Origin: a virus
Length of the DNA: 64,000 bases
Strand: one strand, 5' to 3'
Virus record (IMG/VR): IMGVR_UViG_3300025127_000023
Coordinates: 5,533-69,532 of that record
Below the pieces are notes generated by a model, which had not been told where the DNA came from, ran no database searches, and saw only the letters and a list, made by a program, of their open reading frames with translations. Within the stretch, counting starts at the first letter, position 1; each line of letters starts with the position of its first letter. Made by a program: the position numbers and the translations under genes. Positions 37,216-52,200 of the stretch are shown in pieces.

Positions 37216-40200
37216 TGTCAATGTTCGGCAAGACAAGTCATGCGCTATACTTCAACGGAGTTAGCGATAGCGTTGTCTGCCCTCAAGGTGGGTTCACCCA
37301 AACAGGACACAAACTGATTGACGGTAGTGGTAATGTCGCAAGAACTTCCGCGCATGTTGTAAATGACGGGGACGCGTTGCAACACGCGTTCTCCAAGAAC
37401 CAAGCCCTCACTTCATTCACTATTGAAGCATGGGTGTCGCCGGATTGCGGAGGAATTATTGCAACGAAAGAAGGCTCATTTACTTTGAGAATGGGTAGCG
37501 TAGGCGCACCTGCACCTGCTTCGTTTGAAGTTGTGTTGGACAACGGCGTATCAGTTGCCGCACACTCAAAGCACAATTACCCAACAAATGCAGAATCGTT
37601 TATCGCGAACAATAACGGGGTAAGCACCGCGCAAAGAGAACTGTATCATATGTGCGGAGTCTTCACAGGAGAGCAAGTCAAACTCTATGTCAATGGAGAA
37701 GTCATGGCAACTGAAAAGTTGAACGGTAAATACCGAACCAAAATCAATGACCAAGATTTGTATATCGGTGGTCAAGGTGGAGAATATCGTGGCTACATTG
37801 AATCCGTTCATTGGCAACGCGGTCCTAAATCAACCGACCTCAAACCTATTGCGTTCATGAAAGGGTCATCAACAATTGGTCTTTGGAGATTTGAAGAGCC
37901 GGTTGAGATTGACGACAATGTTTACCACATCAAATCAAACGCGTTAGCGGGTGCTACCACACTCACACTTGACACCACGCAAGTGCAAACGCTTTACCGT
38001 TCCATCAGTGGCAAAAGCGACACATTCACCGGCACATACACTCCCGAAAGTCTTGGCAACTATCGCGTTATGAACTCAACACAAAACACAGTTGTTGATG
38101 TCGCGCATAGTCAAATCAATCTTCTCATCAATCCAACCGGAACTGACATCAACACAACGCTACCAAACAGCAAACCACCCGAAAGAGTAAGGTTGTTGAG
38201 CATTCAATCAACAGGCACTATCACGGTATCAAGCACACACCTTGATTTCAACACAACTCCAACGAACGGGTTGCGAGGTATCTTACATGCGCGCACAGCC
38301 TATCATGTAGGCAACAACTTGGCTCACGATAGCACTATTGTCGTGATTCGTTCCGATTTGTTGATTGACAGCCAAAGCGGTAAACCGTATCAAATGCAAG
38401 GTATGGGAACACAAGCGATTGACAGAAACGGTTCTATGGTTGTTGACGAAAGCGGAAATGATTTTCATGGATTCGTCTATTCAAGGCGTTGCTCAATCAA
38501 CGAAGGCGGAAACCCATTTACTGTTTCTGCCGCAAATTGGACTGTTGACGACAGGTTTCAAATCGGACACAACGGGCGACACAGATACAATCACACCGAA
38601 GGTCATTCTTTTTTGAGAATGTTGCCTCCTACATCAAAAGAAGTGATTGAGCGAACGATTGACGGTGTTGCCGATTCAATGAGAGCGACATTCCCTGCCG
38701 CGCATATCGGCATCAAAGAACAGTTGCCAATCAACTCTCGCGTATCAATGTCCTATACAGCCTTCACAGGTTCTATTCGCAGAATCAAAACAGACGCAAC
38801 AACAACGCATGTTGTCCTCAATGGTATGAGAACACACGCGTTAAACAAAGACGGCGTTCTTGCGATAGGTGTTGATGACATACGACCATTTCTTCTCAAA
38901 GGGTTTGGGGTTGACAATGTGGATGACGATAGCACCACTCACAAAATGCACTTATTGCCCGAAGACAAATCCCGTATTGCCATTATGGAGGTATCGGGAA
39001 TATCATCGCTACCGTATGTTGAGATTCACTACAACGCGATTGATTTGACAGGCTCAAAAATGGGTGTCAACAAACCATGTCTGTTGGTTGAAAAGACTGT
39101 GCCAAGTGCAAACACAAGCATTGACGGTGATACAGTCGCCGGACACATTGCAACTGCGGTAGGTGCAACAATTCATTCTGCCGGTGGTATTGTTTCAATC
39201 AGCAAAGACAGCGTTGGTGATGCGCATACGGTAATGAACCCGCACCGTTTAATTGGTGATAACACAGGTGGCACAGAAAAAGAGATTGAAATGGACGAGT
39301 CGCGATTACCTGCTGTTTACACACCTACTAATGCAGAAGACTTGCCTCAATCAGCACCAATTGCTATTCCTTCATCAAACGAAGAAACCTCCCACCCTTC
39401 TGTTTATCATCGGCTTATTCTTTACCCGAACGGAAGAGCGCAAAGCGACCCTCCTATCAATGAAGCACCCGCGCATTATCAAGAACAAGTGCAATTTGCA
39501 TCTCAACAAGGCGCGGCATTTGAAGTATTTGATGTGATTGACAATTACCAACTCAATAACGAACATCACATTATCATTCAACCTGCACAAAAAAATCGCT
39601 CAATGCAGTTATCAAGAACTGTTGGCGCAAGCGATGACCCTAATGACCATACCTTCGCAAGCCTTGAGTTTATTCAAGGTCAAGGAAGAGTCAACTCATT
39701 CCAAGTTGTTGAGAAGAAAGGTAGTCGCGAAGTTGTGTTAAGAGCGCGCGGACTGATGGCAGATGTCGCAGACCAAAGCGCGACATACACAGGTGATGCA
39801 TCACCGGATTCTCACGGTGTCAAAGAAATTATGCCGGGCGCGCCTGTTGTAGCAATCACGCTTGGTGGTGCGGGTCAAGGCGCAATCAACACAAAGCCAT
39901 CTTGGGACCCATCTTCCTTATCTCGCGTTGGTTGGAACACAAGAAGAGCGTGTGGCGCAATCATCACTGCCACACAAAACACCTCAACAGGCTCATTGGA
40001 TTGGCCGTTTGTCAAAACAGCAACAATAACCGTTGCTCCTCTTAACAACGAATCACCCAATCTTGGAAGTTGGGGAACATACTGCTTCCCGCCGGTTGGT
40101 AAAATCTATCTTGACAATGGGGCTTGTGCGCATTACATATCACGAACAGGAACAGATTTCACATTTGATTTAGAAGCAAACGCATATGCGTTAAAATACG

Positions 40201-43200
40201 GAAGAGAAGGTGTATTTCTTAACGCGAATGGCACAACAGCCGATTCGTTTCACGCATGGAAATTAGCCAACACTATCAAACCCGGAACTCAAATCCTTGT
40301 TGATGACAAGTTTGACGAACAAAGCATATGCGCTGATGGCACAACTGTAAACGACAGATTGTTTCAATCGTTGGGAACAATATCGCACGATTACCAACTC
40401 GGCACTCAATACGCTTCAACTCGCGCGCTTGTTGAAATACCAATCTTCCCCAATCAATTTTTTGAAAATCGCGAAGCGGGGATATTCCCCGGACCCGATA
40501 ACAGCATGAAGTTGCATCTTGATGCGACCATGACCGCGCATACTTGGTGTCCTTCACCTGTTGGGCGAAGAAGTCAAAATCGCAACGCAAGAGATGACGA
40601 GATATTTGGACCGTATTACGAACGCAATTACAATGACGAACCTATCCGCGTTGAGGTAGCCAAAGTCTATCAACAAACAGTCAGTGGCAGTATCGGTTAT
40701 TTTGCTCGGTTGATACCAACACACATGACAAGAGTGCCACACAGTAGCCTCACAGCAAGTGGTAGCGTAAGAGGTATGAACGGTCAAAATTGGTTAAGAA
40801 AAGTCTATCTTGAAAATGGTGAATGGTGCTATTATGTCATCAACGATGCTTCACCAAGAAACGACACCACCAATAGCAGAATTGAATTGTTGACATTCGC
40901 GACACACCACAGCGAGAACTTCTTTCAAGACATTCAAGCAGGTTCAGTTTTAACAATCGGGCAATTACCTTACAAGGTCTTCAAACCTCTTGCAAGTGAT
41001 ACCTCGCAGAATACAAAAACTTCTGCTAATGAATACAGAAGGCCATACTACTACGACCGCGCAAACATGCAGACACAGGGAGGAAACTTGGACTATGGTT
41101 TGCGACAGTATGTGAGTGCAATTGAGTTCAAAGCAGGGCCATTATCCAACCCTCACCTTCCCCGTATTGAAACAGGTGTCGCGCAAATCAAAGTGTTAAG
41201 TGTTGTAGCAGTAGGACCGCCCACAGTTGTTGAGTTTGAGAACTTCAAAGGAGTCCTACCAAAAGGAGAATTACCAACCAATTACTTCTATTCCTACATC
41301 AACCTCGCGAACGGAGATGTAGGAACAATTGTTTACCAATCATCAACAGAAGAAACACAAGTCAGCATTGTTCATGGTGGAACTGCGCCTGTTGCGGGCG
41401 ACATCATTGAGATAACCGGAATAACCTCAAGCACTGAATACCCTCAAACCATTCAAGACGGTTGCTTAAACGCGACATGGAATTATCCGTTTTGTCCGGG
41501 TGGATTGCGCTATGGTGATACAATTTGGATGAACATGCACTACACAAACCCTCACGCCATAGAAGGGTTGTTCGCCAAGTCGCGAGGCGTATTGAATGAA
41601 CACGATGTATGGAACGGGTTTAACGGTGGTAAAGGTGAGTTGGCAACACAAGCGCGAGATTCATTACCGATTGAAAACTTCTTAATTGGTAATACCTGCA
41701 TTGAAACTGCGCGTAATTTTGTTCAGCATGTCAACAAAACCATTGAGTTAAATTGGACTGAACTCGGACATTCAACAAACCCTCCCGTTGTCGCATATCT
41801 TGACCCTTACCTAAGCACCGAACAGCATTCTCGCGTTTTACTTTACGATGTTGCACACGACCGTGAGTTTATCGCATTCCATGATTTACACATGCAAGTT
41901 CAATCAAGCGCGGCAACTCCAATTATCAATGAACTTGATGTGGCCGCAGGATTCGCAACTCAAAGAAAGGACAAAAACCCTGCTCGCGGCTCTCCAATTA
42001 CTCAAACAATCAATTCAGTCAGTTATGGATTTGAGGTCATGCAAGGACATTCTCAATTTATTGAGGGTGCATACGCACACGCTTCTTGGTATTTGATGGA
42101 CTACGGCTACCAAACCGCATCAACAGGTCAATTTTCTAAGGCCAATCGTCAAACTCCACACATTGTTAAAACGACTTCTCTTATCAATTCAAAAGAACAT
42201 GACCGGCTTGAACCATCGGTGTTAGATAACGCGCAAGCACAACTCCGACATGCAGAAAACATGCTACACAATGATTCTGCAAAGATACGCGCAAATGCTT
42301 CGGATGCTTACAAGTTCACATCACGCTTCTTTGATACCCCGGACGGAACGCGAGTCATACCTGCGTTCCTTTGCATGAAGGGTAATCGCAGTAGCAACAT
42401 AACCTCAATCAATAGCAACAATGAAAGCGCGAGATTGCAGAACTTACCTCATTGGTATGCGATGGATTTCACAAGAAGACTTACAGTTGATTTTGGAGAA
42501 GTAGGAATACGCGATGGTGTCACAGACATAGAAGCCGCCGCAAAAGAGATTGTTCGCCTTATCAATCAAGCGGGTGCAAAGAATGGTAAGAGTAGCCAAA
42601 GGCGACCCTCCGACCAATACCCCGGCGAAGGAGAACGATTTGACATTAACAGGCGCGCAGTATCAGCAAGTGGTGAAAATACATTTGAACCAAGCGACCC
42701 AACATCAGCGCACCATCATGCAGACTTTGCAACCACAGGTAGCACACATGACCCTGCTCCGTTTTGGGATGACAGCGCATTTACATCATACGATAGAGGT
42801 TCGCACATGGGCTATCTTCGCGCTCATATAGGTCGCGTTGTTGAAGACATTGACGGCAACGAAGGTTTCTCAATCATTATTCACAGCACCGTTCCCGGTG
42901 CGACAGGTCGCAATTTTTGCGTGTGGATGGATAATAGCAAAGGCCAAACAGAATACAAACCGCAATACCTTATTGGTCATGGTGGTCATTTCCGCAACTT
43001 CTTTTGCTCACAGCCCGAAATATCCGGCGAAAACATGCACCCCGCGCCTATGCCAATTGACAAAAACGGGAAACCTTTTGCTCCTATCACTACGCTACGA
43101 CAACACTTACCCATTGATGAAGCACATGGGGACGCGAAAAACTCACAGAATCTTGGTAGCGATGAAGAACTGAATACAAACACTGCGCCAACCCTCAACG

Positions 43201-46200
43201 ATGAAGGAGGGTCAACTCCAAACAGTGAAGCAACCACAGGTCGCAACTCAAACACAATCAACATGGAGTCGTTTGAAGATGAAGGACAGAAGTATGCTGT
43301 TCGCGAAGGTTTGACAAGAGGCACTACTGCGTCCGCAAGAGTCAATTTTGGTGGTATTGTCGCCGCAGGTATTCCGGGTTTTTGTGGCGACGCGGGTAAG
43401 TGGGGCTTCGGTGAAAACGCTGATGCTGAAAACCGATTCCGCAACATTTACGGACAAAATGTTCCAACTACGCACAATGGTTATTCGGTGTATTCTTCTT
43501 ATGTTCCAAGCAACGAAATTGATGGTGATAATCTTGGTGTAGGCACAGACCTATACGGGCTAAAACTCACAGACCATCTTGGTAAAAATCACATTATTCG
43601 CTATGTGTATCGCCAAAACGATGTTGAATACACTCACAAAAATACAGCAATTCCTCCAACTGCTGATGAAGAAATCGTCATTCATTTTGATGACCGCGAT
43701 GTATCACAAGGAGGTTTTACTATTGGTAGCCGAATGTGGGGTTATGGCGCAAGCGGCACACCTGTTGAAGAGTTGCAACCAACATCTTCAAGCCAAAAGA
43801 AAGTGTGGCGAGGCAACACATTCCGAGGCGTTTACGCTCCAAACAGCGCGTATTCGGTCACTGTATCACCAAAGACTGTTCTCAAAACAGGTAGCCTTAG
43901 CGGAACAGGTCATGCATTTACGGCAGGAACAAGCGGCTACGCGGCGGCTACAACATACAATGTTATCATGCAATCTCGGATAGGCGGTGCGGCGGGTAGC
44001 GGAGGGCAAATCCAAGTGACAGTAAACGGTTCGGGACAGGTCACAGGCATTTCAGCACTAACAACAGCCGGAACAGGATATGCTGTCGGTGATGTATTGA
44101 TTATTGATGGCGGTTCGCGAGATGCAACAATTACCGTTGCAAGCGTTACGGCATCAGCCAATTACGCGCACCCTTCAACTTTGATATTGAACGAAGCAGT
44201 AGGATGCGGTATTGATAACACCGGAATATGGCACAACCTTCCCAATGTGGACGATGTTCTTGGTTGGTTGGGCTTCCCCGATAGCGGTTTGATTTGGGTT
44301 GCGATTGATGATGGGAACAATACATCAGCCACAGTTCACGCCGGACCTGCGGGGTTGGTGTATCGCTACGAAGGTAGGACACATAACAGCAAAACGGGAA
44401 CTCACGCGTTCTTTGGATTAACAGGTCCGGGCGCAGACGATTTAGACACATTCTTCAATGTCAATACTCAAGGTCCTCTTTCAACTGCTGACGCAAAAAA
44501 CCCTGTTACCATCAGCCCATTCCTCAATCAAACAACCCTCATCACCGATGAATTGATGGCGGCGGCAACGGCGGCGGCATTTGATTTTGAAGGCGAAGAC
44601 GGAGAAGTGATGTATTTTGATTGTAGCAAAATGTTCACTCCCGATGGACGAACATACGCAGATTGGATGGGTGAGAAGGCACAAACTGCTATTGCTATCA
44701 AAGCGTTTAATCCAAAGAAAAACATACTTCCTCTCAAGGATTTGTTCAGTATTGAGTTGAGTAGGGATTATGGCATTTTATCATCATCAGCAGAAACCTC
44801 CGCATCAGCAAGCGGTGTTTCGGGCGCGGGAGCAAACCCGCACATGGGTGGTTTAACGCGACAAGAAATAAACGAAGGAGTGATGTTTGATGCCGGGTAT
44901 CTGCCCGAAACATTGCTCAACATTACAACGCGTTATCGCGGACACAATGCGAATACCGCCACTCCGGTCATTGTTGATTCCAACAACAACCCAATCAATG
45001 TAAACAATTGGAGAAAGCATTTGCGCGGAGATTATCATACTCGTTATCGTGGCGACCACATCACACCTACATTCAACAACATGCCGATTAAATTGGTTGA
45101 GGCTTCTCGCGGAGGCATAGAGTTTGCTACATCAGCCGGTGGCGGAGGTCAAAATTGGAACGAAGAGGAAGCATATGAAACGCACACACTCATAGGTAGT
45201 GGTAGCGGTGCGCGACACGGTTTGTATTTTGATTGGCGAGGTGCAAGGCTTGCGAAGGACTTTGTTCGCAAAGGGGCAGGTTATGAAACAGGAGATACTT
45301 ACGCGCTTTATGGTTATGAAACGCGCGTAGGCGAAGGAGCAATCACAAAAGGTGTCTTCAACGGCGATGGTTTGGATTATGTCAATTCCGGCGGTCTGCA
45401 AGGAGGTGGTTTTACAATCACAAACGGAGGGACAGGCTACAATCAATCCGGTTTTTATGATGTTGAAGCAATTACAGGCAACGGTGTTGGAGGTAAAGTC
45501 AATATCACCGTTAGCGGAAGCAATGTTATTCTCTCAATTCCCAATGTTCATCATTTTGAAACAGGCGCGGGTTATGCTGTTGGAGATACATTCAAAGTTC
45601 TCGCGGGTAATCTTGACAGCATTATTACCATCACTGCTGTTTCCGGCATCAATTACAATCCCGGTCCTTTGTCTGTCACAGGAACAGGCGCGGCAGATAT
45701 TCAATTGCAAGTCAATGCATTTGGTAAACCAATTGGGTTTGCAGGATTTGTCAACGCGGGAACGGGATATTCTGTCGGTGATACATTTTTGATTACAGGC
45801 ACAGGAGCAACCAACAACGCGGTCTTTACAGTCACAGAAGTTTCGGGAGGTATGGGGACAGGTTACGCGTCCTCAACAACATACAACCTACAAGTGGGGG
45901 GTGTGACTAAAGGACAAGCCCGACTAAAAGTTGACAGCGCGGGAGTTATAGAGGGCATTGAAGCGTTTGTTCAACCGCTTGAATACGGATTGACTTACTC
46001 ACAAGCATTAGATGTTGTTGGTTCGCCGGGTTCGGGAGGTAAAATACAGATTGCAGTTCCGTTTTCGGCAAACTTCACAGTCGGTGTAGTTTCACCGATT
46101 GATAGATACGAAGACCAAGATTACAGATGGGGCGCAGACGGGAGTTATCTTCTTGGGCCTGTTGGTCGCCATCGCGCTTTTGCTACAAACAACCTTGACC

Positions 46201-49200
46201 CGACATCATCACCGAATTACAACCCTGCCGGAGTTCAGCAATTTGGTCGCGAGTTTGCATGGACTGAACCAACAAAGTTGTTTTTGACAGAACAATTCTC
46301 GGTTCTCGTTTATCCAATAGGCGATAAATACATGTTCTTGGGAGCAGATACAACCGAAGGTATTGAACAGATTTGGAGGTTGCAATTGGAGAAATCGTAT
46401 CAAGTCGGTTTAGGTTCTCGCGTTCAAAATGTTGAGGGTATTGATGGTCGCACACTGCGTCTATTTGGACAACGCTACAAAGATACAACCAATCGGATTG
46501 CGGGTATTCGGTTAGACGGAAGCAAAAATGGCGAACCATTGACTTATTTCCGTGGTGCGCATGACAGTGCAGACCACAGCATACCGCTATACTTTGGTGG
46601 AGGGTTTAGCGGTGTTACGCTTGACATCAACGATGGTAGCAAAACAGACTACACCGAGCATAACGAACACCCTTACGCAAGCGGACCAACAGGTAGCGCG
46701 GGTATGCAAGACATTGGTGAAAAAATGGGAGCATACGCGTTGCTTGACACAACAGCAATGATGGCAATGTTCCCCGGAACTCCGTTGTGCGACCAAATGC
46801 ATGGAAGCACAATACCTCCGTTTGCTAATCAAGATGCAATACTTTCAACCGATATGGACGCAGGAGCAAACTCTCATACCATACCAAACTCAATGACTTA
46901 CACCGATGTCAAAATTACGCAACCTGCGCCAATTGTTCTTCGCTTTGCTCATCCATACGCGCGATACACAGACAGCAACAACAGCGTTGCATACATTATC
47001 TTTGGTCCGGGTCAAGCCGCACCTAAACATTGGAAAGGTGAAAGTCAATCAATGACCACATCGGTTGAGCCGTCCGGTAAATGGACTGTTGCCGCGAAGC
47101 ATTACATGACGCAAAATGGAGCGTCTAACACATTTAACTTACTTACCGAAAGCGGTCTTGGATTACCAAACGAATTGAGCAATACAACCCTTAACGGAGG
47201 CACAGACCAATTCTTACCAAGAACCACAGCATACAACACAAGAGATGTTGGAGCGCACAAACTGTTTACGCATTGGGAAACCCCACTTGGTTCACCAAAC
47301 ACCAACTTCAATCAAGCATCATCGCTACATTCTCTCTATGTTTCTAACCACTTTGGTGATGCATCAACACTTGATACAGCCGCTACAATTTACGCGCACC
47401 CATATTCTCACTACCGAATCCAACCAAGATTTGTAAACAACGCTTATTCTATTTCTCTTGCGTCAAAACAAAGCGTCGCGCAATTTCATCTTGATGGTGG
47501 TTATTCTCCCGGTGGTTCTTGGTTTGATGACACCATTCGTAAGAATCCGCCACACCCAATTACAAGCGCAATCATTCAACAATCACAAACAGCAACGGTC
47601 AACGGGGTTGTCATCACGACAGGACTCAACGCGACTATGTTCCGAGTTGGTTCGCAAGTAGCAACAGGTTATGACAAAGATGTTGATGAGGCAAATCCAC
47701 CGACTGATACATTTCTCATTGACGCAACGCGCTGTCAAAACAGCGAAGAGTTGGGTGCTGTAATCGCGGCGGCTATCAACACATGGCCCGGTCCTGCAAA
47801 CCTCAAAGCGATTGGTGGTTCATTCTTGCCATCGTTCCAAGATGCGCAACGCCAAGACAAATACGGTTGGGTTGATTGTTTGGCACTCAATGCTTACGAT
47901 GGCACACACGGCATTATTACTGCGTCTAACACATTACCCGACACCCTACCGGACAGTGGTTGGATTCGCGTTAGCAACAAAGTTGGAGGTGGAACTGATG
48001 TCTTTTACGCTCATTACTCAAACAGAACATCAACACAATTTATTCTTGGTCCAAACTACCGAAGCAACCAAAATGTGCTTGAAGACCCAACAAAAAGCAC
48101 ATCATCCGGTGGTGCGCAATATGGCGTTGTTTCTTCACTTACACCTTCGGGTCATCGCATCTATGTTTGGTCTAAAACCGGAAATCTAAGATGGGATAAC
48201 GGGGCGCAAGAATCACTTATTGGTAGCCGAAACACAGGTGCAACTGCGGCAGACGCACCAACAAATAGCGCATACGACCACTTTGCGGCAACTCAAGTTC
48301 ACTTTTCGGGAGTAGTTGATGCAGTTGATAGAACGCGAGCAGTAGGCGCAGTGGGTTGGCATGGTGAGCGTTATTCCTATCTCAACAGTCTTACAGTTGA
48401 TGGCAAGATAGCGGCAGGTCTTGGTGCTTGGCTACCCGCGTCCGGTTTCAATCCATACGGGCCATCGCAAACATGCCACACAATCAACACAATCAAACAC
48501 TCAATTACAGCATCAGTGAACGAAATATCAAATTACAATGTTGTATTCAGCATTGACTCACACCCCGCAACATCGGGAACACACCAACGACATTATGTTG
48601 CAATCTCATACGAGGGCGACCTACCTATTATTGCTAAAGCCGCGCGAAACGGACAGTCCACTTGTGGAGATATGTTGCAAATGAAGTGGCGTGATACAGG
48701 CACAGGCACAGCAACAATGGGAGGCACAGTTGTTGCGTATCACAATGAGCGTTTCAACAATGACCGATACAGTGCTGAATCAAACGCAGGGCCACATGTT
48801 GAAGCATTCTATGATAGTCAAACGCGTAATCCACTTGACCCCGATGCCGCTATGCAATCCGGCGCATCAACTCAAGCAACACTATTCCAAATGGACGCGT
48901 GTTTGTTCCCAACAGGCGACCTTTTCTTCAACAGCGATTACAACCCCGGAGTCAAAAATTGGTCCGAAGGAACCGAAACCGAACATCTATTTGATAACGA
49001 AGACGCAATCAGCAGGTCAAAAGGATTTACCGATTACGGAAACCACCTTGACAACATTATGACATACGGTAAAACACGCTACGCAGGACGCAATTTCTTT
49101 GTTGAGCATGTTGTTTGGAAAAGAATGAGTGGAGGCAACATTACGCTACCCGCACCAAATGCTCGCGGTCTTGGTTCTGTGCCGTGGCAGATGCACAAAG

Positions 49201-52200
49201 TTGGTGGCAATTATGTCAAGTTTGGTGAGAAAATCTATGGCAACACGCGATTCTCATTTGAAACAACAAACAATTCTATGTTCCCAATTATTCAAGCGCA
49301 AGAATTAGCGCACCCATCGTTGGCTGAACAATTCCCGTATGAAATACGCAACGCTCTTGCCATACCAAACGAAGAGTTGCAGTTTGAACAAATGACTGTT
49401 GTTGACGATACAGGGCAAGAGCATACCCTTGCGGGAGGTTCACCGCTTGGTATTGTTGTTCGCGACTTTAGCAAAATACAAGACCGCGCAACAGAAGGAC
49501 TTGCACCTGCTCTTGCAGGTTCGGGTGTTGAACCGAACATGAAGATTCAATTGCCAAACCATGACGGCATTCCTTCAAACATTCTTGTTCGTAGCGGATA
49601 TGACAGATTGCAAGCATACCAACACGAAACAATCGGTGATGGTGGACTACAACACCCATCGCAACCAAGCGCGTCTGTAAGCACTGCATTTGCAAGCGAT
49701 GGCAAAACACCAACAACAGCCCCGTATTGGGAACAGTTGGGTTATGAACACATTGACCCTCACCCTAACCTCTTCCCCGACAGCACCAACAAACTCAACG
49801 ATGATGATATTCTCAAAACCTCATATGAGCCTCATGACCGCGCGTTGTATTTCCATATTACAAAGATGGGCTACTCATACACAGAACGCGAACCGCTTGG
49901 TATCGTCAATGGTGTAATGACACACAACCCTTTGACTGTTGCTGAAATAGGAAGCAATTTTATTGCTACTAACGAAGACATTGAATCCTTCATATGGCAA
50001 CAAAACCCTACTCGCGATGGACGATACTTCTTATCAATTAACGGAACAATTGCTACATTTACAGGATTGCAAGATGCAAGCGGGGGAGGGGGTTCACCAA
50101 AGAGAAGGTTTAGCGGAGTTGTGTTCGCACCGGACTTTACAGCCAAAGCCGATGATACCATCAAGCCATCGTATTACATTCCCGCAGGAACAACAAGGCA
50201 CTTTGCGGCTCGCAGATTGCGCGACCACGCAGAAGTAAGTGGCAACAGCCCGGACAAACCGCTTACCAATTGGGCGAGCGTAGGAGCAGGTGTCAGCCCC
50301 GCTACTGTTGTTCGTAGTGCTAACAAACTCACACCAATGCCTTTGCCGCGCATGGGACATCATTATGTCACGCCAACGATGGCAACCATGCCGGGTCATT
50401 TGGCTCACCCTGTTTATCAAACACAAGGACAGAAATCCTTTGCTTGTTCTGCCGCAACAATTTCTTCCGAAGCAGAAGAAGGATATGCCAATGTAAAAGA
50501 GCATCGCGATACGCTTGTTTGGTTCTCCGGCACAACTGCACCATCTCCACCAAGCGATGTTCACGGCGATGGATTTACCTTGATGACCGAAACCAAAATC
50601 CGATTTGACGGTTATGGCATTGCAGATGACAGCGCGGCTTGCAATGCGGCAGGAGGACACAGAATTACTCTTGAGAAGGGAACGAATTACAATACATCGT
50701 GGAACTTCCCCGACCCAATGGAAGTAGGTGCATATCAAATTGTTATTCAGCCCAACTTGTTCAGTCAGCAAGTCATGGGTAACAATGCAAACACAGTGTT
50801 TGGTTCAACAAACGCGCCTGTCAATGCGTCGGGTGTAGCGCAAACAACAAAGCCACTGCTAACCGACCAACTTGTAGCGACGGTTGTATCACTCCAATGG
50901 AACACCGACAGATTTGACCTCATTCTTTCGGAAGCAACAATGGCTGATGTGCGCGGTTGCGAAATCTATCTCAACGAAATTATGTTTGATATTGACCCAT
51001 CATCGCGCGAACAATTTACCAACATACCTATGCTTGGTTTGCAAAATCCGTTTGGTATCAATGCGTCATCATCCGGCGCATTTACTCGCCGTTCACTACC
51101 TTATCACCCTAACATGTTCCGACGCGCTACTCCTGCTCGCACAATCACAGTTCCGTGGTGGGCTGTTGCTTACGCAACTCCCGGTGGTGGTTATCCGGTT
51201 ATGTCAAACGGAGGTTGGGGAATGACTGAACATTACCATCCCGACGACTATTACCATTTTTGCCGTTCAACACTTGGCGGAGTTGGCTGTCAATTGACAA
51301 TGACCGGCTATCCTTCTCATTACCTTGATGTTTATACCGAGTATCTTGTGTCGCTAACACCGACATGTATTATCAAGCGTCTTGACAATGGTTCAAACCC
51401 TACAACGCGCAAAATCTATGTTGACAACAACGCTTTGTTCCCTCTTGTCGGTCAAGACTACAAGAACCATAAGTTAGCAATTGAAGGCACAGACGGAGTA
51501 GTTTACAATTTACCATATCAATATCGCGGATATTCAAGCAACCCAACAGCAGGTAGCAACACAACAGTGTTTGAGGGCGTGTCAGCCTCCGCGTATGTTT
51601 GGGGTAAAATTGCAGAAGGTGCTACGGTTCGCTTAACCGGACCATCGGCTACGCTTAACGCAGGAGAAGTTTACACAAACTCCGAAGAAAGCGTAGCCAC
51701 AAGAAACCTACCTCAACTTCTAACAGGAACGCGCGATACCAATTCTGCTAATCCTGCGGACGCGTATTTGTGTCTATGGCATTACAATCTTGGTCGCCCA
51801 ATGACATGGTTTTCGGATTCCGTAGCAAATAGAGCGAGTCCAAACGACCCTGCTTACAACCACGCGGCTCACAACCACTTGCCGGAACACTTTGAAACAG
51901 TCCACTACCATGAGTTTGTTTACGCAATGAGCGATGGGCCATTCAAGTTCCGTATGCGCGGTTGGGACGGACCCGGAGATGGATTGGTTTACGATTGGAC
52001 CGATTCAAACTTCCCTCACCAAGCAGGAACAGATTCAATGACTTCTCCGCGAGAATATCACTACGGTGCATTTTGGCCGGGCGGTCATCGCTTTGGCGCA
52101 CAAATGAGTTCTCTCACTCTTTACGGAACAGCATCGGTTGGTTGGAATCCGACTATTCAAATTGATAACGGAACAAGCGGACTTGCAAACAAAGGTTTGC